NCBI GenBank assembly: GCA_016213245.1
Contig: JACRBC010000136.1
Location: 670-64,669, forward strand
Length of the DNA: 64,000 bases
Source of the DNA: Candidatus Solibacter usitatus
GTDB lineage: Bacteria > Acidobacteriota > Terriglobia > Bryobacterales > Bryobacteraceae
Reading direction: 5' to 3'
Under the pieces are notes generated by a model that saw nothing but the letters and a program-made list of their open reading frames with translations, searched no databases and was not told the origin of the DNA. Both the position numbers and the translations under genes were made by a program. Shown piece by piece: positions 57,121-64,000 of this stretch; position 1 is the first letter of the stretch, and the number at the start of each line of letters is the position of its first letter.

Positions 57121-60099
57121 ATGAACGATCTCATACAAATCAACCCGTCGAGCCTTACGGGCAAGAAGTATTGGCGCAGTTTGGATGAACTGGCCGACAC
57201 GCCCCAGTTCCGCGCCTGGGCGCAGCGCGAGTTTCAGGAGGGCGCGTCGGAGATGCTCGCCGGCGGCTCGCGCCGGAACCTGCTGAAGCTGATGGCCGCG
57301 GGCTTCGGCCTGGCGGGCCTCACCGCCTGCCGGCGTCCCGTCGAAAACGTGCTGCCGTTCGCCAAGGGCGTGGAAAGCTATGTGCCCGGACGGCCGCTGC
57401 ACTACGCCACGGTCATCTCCCTCGGCGGCGCCGCCACCGGCCTCGTCGTCGAATCGAACGAAGGCCGCCCCACCAAAGTGGAGGGCAACCCGCGCCATCC
57501 CTACTCGCTCGGCGCCACCAGCGCCCATGCTCAGGCTTCCATCCTCAACCTCTACGACCCGGACCGGGCGCGCAGGGTCTCCCGGCAGAACGCCAGGTCC
57601 TCCTGGGATGAGTTCACCGCCTGGTGGAAGGCCCAATCGTCACAACTCGGCGCCGGCGCCGGCCTGCGCATCCTGAGCGAGCGCTCTTCATCGCCTGCTG
57701 TTGCGGCGCAGAAGGCCGCCATCCTGGAGAAGTACCCGAAAGCCCAGTGGGTCGAGTACGGCTCGGTGAACTCCGACCAGCCGCGGCTCGGCGCGCAGAT
57801 GGCCTTCGGGCAGCCGCTGGAAGCGCACTATCAGTACGACAAGGCCGCCGTCGTCTTCACCCTTGACTTCGACTTCCTGGGACTGGATTCGCCCACCGTC
57901 CTGCCTACGAAACAGTTCTCCGCCAGGCGACGCAGCGAGGACTCCAACACGGAGATCAACCGCCTGTACGCGGCCGAATCGAATTTCACCATCACCGGCG
58001 CCATGGCGGACCACCGGCTGCGCCTGCGCTCCTCCGATGTGGGCGCCTTCGTGCTGGCCCTGGCCAGGGAGCTGAACGTGACCGGCGCCGAGCTGAAGGT
58101 GCTGGACGGCGGCGTCCCCGGCCCGAGCCGGCGCTTCCTGTCCGCGCTGGCCAAGGACCTGCTGGCCAACAAGGGCCGTAGCCTGGTGGCGGCGGGCCCG
58201 CGCCAGCCCGCGGCCGTGCACGCCGCGGTGGCGCTGATCAACCAGACGCTCGGCAACGCCGGCCAGACCGTGGTCTACACCAAGCCGGTCGTTGAGACCA
58301 CGGACTCGGTGGCGGGCGTCACGCAGCTTGCCGCCGATATCGAAAGCGGCGCGGTGAAGACGCTCTTCCTGCTGGGCGGCAATCCCGTCTACACGCTGCC
58401 GGCCGATCTGGGACTGGCCCGCGCGCTGAAGAAGGTAGCCTCCACCGTGGCGCTAGCCGCCGATGAGAACGAGACCTGGGCCGCGGCGGAATGGCGGCTC
58501 CCCGAGGCGCACGAGTTTGAAAGCTGGGGCGATGAGCGCGCCCTGGACGGCACGGCGAGCATCCGCCAGCCGCTGATCGAACCGCTCCACGGCGGCCGCT
58601 CCGTGCTGGAACTCGCCGCGATCATCGCCGGCTCTGAAGTGATCAAGGGTCACGACTTGGTGAAGAACGCCTGGACGGCGCAGTTCGGCGCCGGCGCCGC
58701 CAATAAGAAGTGGAACCTGGCCCTGCACGACGGCGTGATTGACGGCACCAAGCTCGCGCCCGTGGACGCCAAGGCGGATGCGGCCAAGGTGCTGGCCGCC
58801 GCCCAAGCCGCGCTGCCCGCGGCCGCGCCGGGCATCGAGGTGGTCTTCTACCCCTCCAGCGGTCCCTACGACGGCCGCTTCGCCAACAACGCCTGGATGC
58901 AGGAAGCCCCCGACCCCATGACCAAGCTGGTTTGGGACAACGCCGCGCTGATGAGCCCGGCCACGGCGAAGCAGTTGGGCGTTGCCGACGGCGACATGGT
59001 CGCCATCTCCGCCAATGGCCGTGATGCCCGTCTGCCCGCCGTGACGCTGCCCGGCCACGCCGACAACTCCATCTCGCTCGCGCTCGGCTACGGCCGGAGC
59101 TCCTGCGGCAGAGTCGGCCGCGGCGTCGGCCACCGCGTCGAAGGCCTGCGCACCACCTCCGGATTCCACATCGCCGCCGCCAGGGTCGCCAAGACCAGTG
59201 AGACCTACAAGCTGGTGACCACCCAGGAGCACCACACCCTGGTCGAGCCCATCACCAACGCCGAACGGCCCGGCATCGTCATCCAGGTCACCACCGAGGA
59301 GTACCGCAAGGCGCCGGGCTTCATCCACGCCGAGCAGCACCTGCCCGAGATGGTGGACATGTTCCCCGCCTGGGACTACTCGAAGGGCTACCAGTGGGGC
59401 ATGGCCATCGACTTGAACTCCTGCGTGGGCTGCAACGCCTGCCTGGTGGCCTGCGTCGCCGAGAACAACATCCCCGTGGTCGGCAAGGACCAGGTGAGCC
59501 GCGGCCGCGAGATGCACTGGATCCGCATGGACCGCTACTTCACCGGCGACGTGAACGAGCCCCAGGCGGTGGTGCAGCCCATGGCCTGCCAGCAGTGCGA
59601 GAAGGCCCCCTGCGAGTCTGTCTGCCCGGTGGCGGCCACTGCCCACAGCCCCGAAGGCCTGAACGAGATGGCCTACAACCGCTGCGTGGGCACGCGGTAC
59701 TGTGCCAACAACTGCCCCTACAAGGTGCGCCGCTTCAACTTCTTCAACTGGAACAAAGACGTTCCGGAAGAGCGCAAGATGGTCTTCAACCCCGACGTCA
59801 CCGTGCGCATGCGCGGCGTCATGGAGAAGTGCAACTACTGCGTGCAGCGCATCGAGGAGGGCAAGAGCCTGGCCAAGGCCGACAACCGCCGGCAGGTCAG
59901 GGACGGCGAAGTCCTCACCGCCTGCCAGCAGGCCTGCCCCGCCGGCGCCATCGTCTTCGGCAACATCAACGACCCCGAGAGCCGCGTTGCCAAGCTGAAA
60001 CAGCAGCCGCGCAACTACACCGTGATCGAAGAGGTCAACACCAAGCCTCGCACCACGTACCTGGCGAAGCTGCGCAATTCCAATCCGGAGCTTCCTTAA
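57121..60099 (+). CDS. actB: Alternative complex III subunit B (molybdopterin oxidoreductase-like + Fe-S domain)
   Basis: YWRSLDEL, Tat-lipoprotein SRRNLLKLM...LTAC, EGRPTKVEGNP, CVGCNAC, CQQCEKAPC, CVGTRYCANNCPY, RGVMEKC. Confidence 0.95.
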   Translation: MNDLIQINPSSLTGKKYWRSLDELADTPQFRAWAQREFQEGASEMLAGGSRRNLLKLMAAGFGLAGLTACRRPVENVLPFAKGVESYVPGRPLHYATVISLGGAATGLVVESNEGRPTKVEGNPRHPYSLGATSAHAQASILNLYDPDRARRVSRQNARSSWDEFTAWWKAQSSQLGAGAGLRILSERSSSPAVAAQKAAILEKYPKAQWVEYGSVNSDQPRLGAQMAFGQPLEAHYQYDKAAVVFTLDFDFLGLDSPTVLPTKQFSARRRSEDSNTEINRLYAAESNFTITGAMADHRLRLRSSDVGAFVLALARELNVTGAELKVLDGGVPGPSRRFLSALAKDLLANKGRSLVAAGPRQPAAVHAAVALINQTLGNAGQTVVYTKPVVETTDSVAGVTQLAADIESGAVKTLFLLGGNPVYTLPADLGLARALKKVASTVALAADENETWAAAEWRLPEAHEFESWGDERALDGTASIRQPLIEPLHGGRSVLELAAIIAGSEVIKGHDLVKNAWTAQFGAGAANKKWNLALHDGVIDGTKLAPVDAKADAAKVLAAAQAALPAAAPGIEVVFYPSSGPYDGRFANNAWMQEAPDPMTKLVWDNAALMSPATAKQLGVADGDMVAISANGRDARLPAVTLPGHADNSISLALGYGRSSCGRVGRGVGHRVEGLRTTSGFHIAAARVAKTSETYKLVTTQEHHTLVEPITNAERPGIVIQVTTEEYRKAPGFIHAEQHLPEMVDMFPAWDYSKGYQWGMAIDLNSCVGCNACLVACVAENNIPVVGKDQVSRGREMHWIRMDRYFTGDVNEPQAVVQPMACQQCEKAPCESVCPVAATAHSPEGLNEMAYNRCVGTRYCANNCPYKVRRFNFFNWNKDVPEERKMVFNPDVTVRMRGVMEKCNYCVQRIEEGKSLAKADNRRQVRDGEVLTACQQACPAGAIVFGNINDPESRVAKLKQQPRNYTVIEEVNTKPRTTYLAKLRNSNPELP

Positions 60100-60102
60100 A
60101 CC

Positions 60103-61494
60103 ATGGCCGATCTCGCACTCGACCCGAGAATGGACCTGAACCCGCCCCTGGTGAAGGGCGGCGTCACCTACTCAGACCTCACCGGCAAGATCAGCGCCAT
60201 CACCGAAGGCAAGCCGCCCCGGCAGTGGTACTACGCCATGGGCGTGGCCTTGCCTCTGGCCGCACTGCTCGTCGTATGCCTGACCTACCTGGTCTCCACC
60301 GGCATCGGCGTGTGGGGCAACAACAACCCCGTGGGCTGGGGCTGGGACATCACCAACTTCGTCTGGTGGATCGGCATCGGCCACGCCGGAACGCTCATCT
60401 CCGCCATCCTCTTCCTCTTCCGCCAGAAGTGGCGGACCTCCATCAACCGCGCCGCCGAAGCCATGACGCTCTTTGCCGTGGCCTGCGCCGGCATCTACCC
60501 GCTGTTCCACACCGGGCGACCCTGGCGCGCCGCCTACTGGCTCTTCCCCATGCCGAACGAGGCGCTGCACATGTGGCAGAACTTCCGCAGCCCGCTGATG
60601 TGGGACGTCTTCGCCGTCTCGACGTACGCCACCGTCTCGGCGCTGTTCTGGTACGTCGGCCTGGTGCCGGACCTCGCCACCTTGCGCGACCGCGCCGTCA
60701 ATCCCGTCCGCCGCACCGTCTTCGGCCTGCTGAGCCTCGGCTGGCGCGGCTCGGCCACGCAGTGGAAGCACTATGAGCTGGCCTACCTGATTCTGGCCGG
60801 GCTCTCCACGCCGCTGGTGCTCTCGGTCCACTCCATCGTGTCGTTCGACTTCGCCACCTCGGTGCTCCCCGGTTGGCACACCACCATCTTCCCGCCCTAC
60901 TTCGTCGCCGGCGCGGTCTTCTCCGGATTCGCCATGGTGGTGACGCTGATGGTGCTGGCCCGCTGGGTCTACAACCTCCAGGACCTCATCACCATCAAGC
61001 ACCTGGAGAACATGTGCAAGGTGATGCTGGCCACCGGCATGATCGTCGGTTTTGCTTACGGCACCGAGGCCTTCATCGCCTGGTACAGCGCCAACCAGTA
61101 TGAGCGCTTCGTTTTTGCCAACCGCGCCTTCGGACCCTACGCCTGGGCCTACTGGATCATGGTCGCCTGCAACGTGATCTCGCCGCAGTTCTTCTGGTTC
61201 AAGAAGGTCCGCACGTCGATCCCGGCCATGTTCATCCTGGCCATCTTCATCAACATCGGCATGTGGTTCGAGCGCTTCGTCATCATCGCCACCTCGCTGC
61301 ACCGCGACTTCCTGCCCGCCTCCTGGGGCTACTTCCGGCCCACCTGGGTGGACATCGGCACCTTCATGGGCACCATCGGGCTCTTCCTCACGCTGTTCCT
61401 GCTCTTCCTCCGCTTCCTGCCCGCCATCGCCATCAGCGAGGTGAAGGGCGTGCTGCACCACCAGATCAATACCGAGAAGGGAGCTGCGCACTAA
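60103..61494 (+). CDS. actC: Alternative complex III quinol-oxidising subunit (NrfD family)
   Basis: [50 protein letters not shown]. Confidence 0.96.
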   Translation: MADLALDPRMDLNPPLVKGGVTYSDLTGKISAITEGKPPRQWYYAMGVALPLAALLVVCLTYLVSTGIGVWGNNNPVGWGWDITNFVWWIGIGHAGTLISAILFLFRQKWRTSINRAAEAMTLFAVACAGIYPLFHTGRPWRAAYWLFPMPNEALHMWQNFRSPLMWDVFAVSTYATVSALFWYVGLVPDLATLRDRAVNPVRRTVFGLLSLGWRGSATQWKHYELAYLILAGLSTPLVLSVHSIVSFDFATSVLPGWHTTIFPPYFVAGAVFSGFAMVVTLMVLARWVYNLQDLITIKHLENMCKVMLATGMIVGFAYGTEAFIAWYSANQYERFVFANRAFGPYAWAYWIMVACNVISPQFFWFKKVRTSIPAMFILAIFINIGMWFERFVIIATSLHRDFLPASWGYFRPTWVDIGTFMGTIGLFLTLFLLFLRFLPAIAISEVKGVLHHQINTEKGAAH

Positions 61495-62075
61495 TGGCCG
61501 CCAATCTCCTGGCCCGCCTGAACCTGCCCGGTTTCGAGGCCAATACCGCCGACCACTACGGCGTCGTCGCCGACTTCGACACGCCGGAAGAATTGCTCCG
61601 CGCCGTCCGCACGGCCCGCATCGCCGGGTACACGAAGCTGGAGGCCTACACGCCGTTCCCCATCCACGGCATCGACGAGGCTCTCGGCGAGCCGCGTTCG
61701 CCGCTGGGCCGGATCGTCATCGTCTGCGGCCTCACCGGCCTGGTCTCGGCCGTGCTCCTGCAGTGGTGGACCGGCGCGGTGGACTATCCGCTCTCCATCG
61801 CCGGCAAGCCCCTGTTCGCCATCGAGCCTTCGGTGCCCATCATGTTCGAGCTCAGCGTGCTGCTGGCTGCCTTCGGCGCCGTGCTCGGCATGTTCCACCT
61901 GAACCGGCTGCCCACCTACTACCACGCGTTCTTCAACTACTCGCGCGCCGCCGGCGCCTCCAACGACCGTTTCCTGCTGGCCATCGAGGCCGGCGACCCG
62001 AAGTTCGACGCCGCCGAAGTGAAGACGCTCCTGGAATCCTGCGGCAGCCGCCACGCAGAACTGGTGGAGGCCTGA
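61494..62075 (+). CDS. actD: Alternative complex III subunit D (DUF3341)
   Basis: EAYTPFPIHG, DYPLSIAGKP, PIMFELSVL; ATG overlaps actC stop. Confidence 0.92.
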   Translation: MAANLLARLNLPGFEANTADHYGVVADFDTPEELLRAVRTARIAGYTKLEAYTPFPIHGIDEALGEPRSPLGRIVIVCGLTGLVSAVLLQWWTGAVDYPLSIAGKPLFAIEPSVPIMFELSVLLAAFGAVLGMFHLNRLPTYYHAFFNYSRAAGASNDRFLLAIEAGDPKFDAAEVKTLLESCGSRHAELVEA

Positions 62076-62080
62076 GTCCC

Positions 62081-62692
62081 ATGCAGACCCGGCGCACCGC
62101 CCAACTCCTCCTCATCGCCGCCGCCGGCCTCATCCTCGGCGCCTGCTCCAACTTCCCGTCGCGCCAGACGCCCATCTGGGTGTGGGACGACATGAAGAAG
62201 CAGGACAAGTACAAGGCCCAGATGTCCTCGGCATTCTTCGCCGACGGACGCGCCAGCCGCCGCCCCGTCGAGGGCGCCCTGGCGCAGGAACATTACCGCG
62301 CCGACGAAGCCTACTTCACCGGCGTGGCCGACGGCGGCCTCTACGTCGCGCGCAACCCCGAGCCGCTGACCCGGGAAGTGCTGCTGCGCGGCCAGAACAA
62401 GTTCAACGTCTACTGCTCGCCGTGCCACGACCGCACCGGCTCCGGCCGCGGCATCGTGCCGGCCAAGGCCACCTGGATCCCCGGCAACATGCACGACGAG
62501 CGCGTCGTCAACTTTGTCGACGGCGAGATCTTCCACGTCATCACCATGGGCCGGCGCTCCATGCCGGGCTATCGCTTCCAGATCCAGGAGAAGGACCGCT
62601 GGGCGATTGTCGCCTACGTGCGCGCACTGCAGCGCGCCGGCCGCGGCTCCATGGCCGACGTCCCGGCCGGGCTTCAGGCCAAAGTGAGGTAA
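62081..62692 (+). CDS. actE: Alternative complex III monoheme cytochrome c lipoprotein
   Basis: LGAC lipobox, single CSPCH, MPGY, DRWAIVAYVRALQ. Confidence 0.92.
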   Translation: MQTRRTAQLLLIAAAGLILGACSNFPSRQTPIWVWDDMKKQDKYKAQMSSAFFADGRASRRPVEGALAQEHYRADEAYFTGVADGGLYVARNPEPLTREVLLRGQNKFNVYCSPCHDRTGSGRGIVPAKATWIPGNMHDERVVNFVDGEIFHVITMGRRSMPGYRFQIQEKDRWAIVAYVRALQRAGRGSMADVPAGLQAKVR

Positions 62693-62697
62693 CGCGA

Positions 62698-63900
62698 ATG
62701 GCGCACCACGATCATCCACACGCCGCTGACAACTACCTGCTCTCCGACTCAGCCTGGACGAAGGTCCGCAATTCGCTGGTCTTCATCGCCCTGGTGAGTT
62801 GGATCGCCGTCGCCGCGGGCTTTGCGCTTGACCGGCAGCAGGCCCACTTCTCCTACCTGGTGGCCTTCCTGTACTTCGTCTCGGTGACGCTCGGCGCGAT
62901 GTTCTACGTGATGGTGCAGCACCTCACCGGCTCGGCCTGGAGCGTCACGGTCCGCCGCCTGATGGAGAACATCATGCGCGCCATCCCGCTGGGGCTGCTG
63001 CTGATTGTTCCCGTCTTCCTCGGCACCCACTACATGTATGAGTGGGGCCATGCAGGCGCCGCCCACGATCCCATCCTTTCCAAAAAGCTGAACTTCCTCA
63101 ACGACCAGTGGTTCGTCATCCGCGGCCTGATCGTGCTGTCGCTGTGGAGCCTCTTCTCCTGGCGCCTGTATTCCATCTCGCGCCGGCAGGACGGCTCCGG
63201 CTCGCTGAGCTACACCAAGGCGGCCGAGAAGTGGTCCGCACCCGGCGTGCTGGTCCTGTTCCTCAGCGGATCGCTGGCGTCGTTCGACTGGATCATGTCG
63301 CTCGACCCGCACTGGTGGTCCACCATGTTCGGCGTCTACTTCATCGCCGGCGGCGCGCTGGCGTTCATGGCGATTCTCATCGCCATCTGCTTGGGGCTGC
63401 GCAGCGCGGGTTACCTCACCAACTCGATCCGGGAAGAGCACTACCACGACCTCGGCAAGTGGCTCTTCGCTTTGACCGTCTTCTGGGCCTACATCTCCTT
63501 CTCGCAGTACATGCTCATCTGGTACGGCAACCTGCCGGAAGAAAACGTCTGGTTCCAGCGGCGCCTGGTGGGCTCGTGGGCCCACTTCCGGCCGCTGCTC
63601 ATCGTCTGCCACTTCATCATCCCGTTCTTTGCGCTCATGCCGCGGGCCAGCAAGCGCAATCTGAAGCTGCTGGGCTTCTTCGCCGGCTGGATGATCGTCA
63701 TGCACTACTGCGACCTCTTCTGGCAGGTCATGCCGGTGCTGCACGCCAAGGGCTTCGTCCTGAGCTGGATGGACCCGGCCGCGTGGCTGGCCGTCGGCTC
63801 CACCTATGCCCTGGTCTTCTGGGCCGGCTTCCGCCGCAAACCGCTGGTGCCCGTGGGCGACCCGCGGCTCAAGCAGTGCCTGGCATTCCACAATGCATAG
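62698..63900 (+). CDS. actF: Alternative complex III membrane subunit F
   Basis: DWIMSLDPHWWSTMFG, HDLGK, WAYISFSQYMLIWYGNLPEE. Confidence 0.94.
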   Translation: MAHHDHPHAADNYLLSDSAWTKVRNSLVFIALVSWIAVAAGFALDRQQAHFSYLVAFLYFVSVTLGAMFYVMVQHLTGSAWSVTVRRLMENIMRAIPLGLLLIVPVFLGTHYMYEWGHAGAAHDPILSKKLNFLNDQWFVIRGLIVLSLWSLFSWRLYSISRRQDGSGSLSYTKAAEKWSAPGVLVLFLSGSLASFDWIMSLDPHWWSTMFGVYFIAGGALAFMAILIAICLGLRSAGYLTNSIREEHYHDLGKWLFALTVFWAYISFSQYMLIWYGNLPEENVWFQRRLVGSWAHFRPLLIVCHFIIPFFALMPRASKRNLKLLGFFAGWMIVMHYCDLFWQVMPVLHAKGFVLSWMDPAAWLAVGSTYALVFWAGFRRKPLVPVGDPRLKQCLAFHNA

Positions 63901-63918
63901 GGAATAAGGAATACGAAG

Positions 63919-64000
63919 ATGTCTGAGCACAAACAGAATCCCGATCCCAAGATGCCCGACACGGCAGTGATGACCGAGGGCGTCGACTACGACCGCCGTG
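63919..64000 (+). CDS. Start of next act-operon gene (ActG-like position), truncated by window end
   Basis: AAGGA RBS, ATG 63919, open frame MSEHKQNPDPKMPDTAVMTEGVDYDRR. Confidence 0.5.
   Translation, partial: MSEHKQNPDPKMPDTAVMTEGVDYDRR

Overview
GC-rich bacterial window whose gene content (several carboxypeptidase-like TonB-dependent receptors, a PadR/ADOP permease pair, alternative complex III) points to Acidobacteriota, probably Bryobacteraceae-like (inference). In order: a truncated TonB receptor; an internally deleted IS630; a metal-themed divergon (CxxC protein and a P1B-ATPase lacking DKTGT on one side; His/Cys-rich protein, two NRPS genes and a PPTase on the other); trpC-trpF-trpB-trpA-chorismate mutase-degenerate DAHP synthase-tyrA; a PaeR7I/XhoI-type R-M pair; transport, hydrolase and peptidoglycan-recycling genes; an intact aroF; a membrane-anchored regulator; a second large TonB receptor; a CzcCBA-type pump; a decayed vapBC; a PadR-ADOP cassette bracketed by a 59-bp direct repeat; a two-component system; and actABCDEF(G). 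Strongest novelty candidates: (1) an NRPS started by an oxalate-CoA-ligase-like domain and ended by a Cys-nucleophile thioesterase, in a metal-handling locus; (2) two intact but apparently catalytically dead enzymes (P-type ATPase, DAHP synthase); (3) an integrase-less PadR-ADOP cassette with att-like ends. All calls come from motif recognition by eye; no database search was run, so novelty is unverified. No rRNA, tRNA or CRISPR array was seen.
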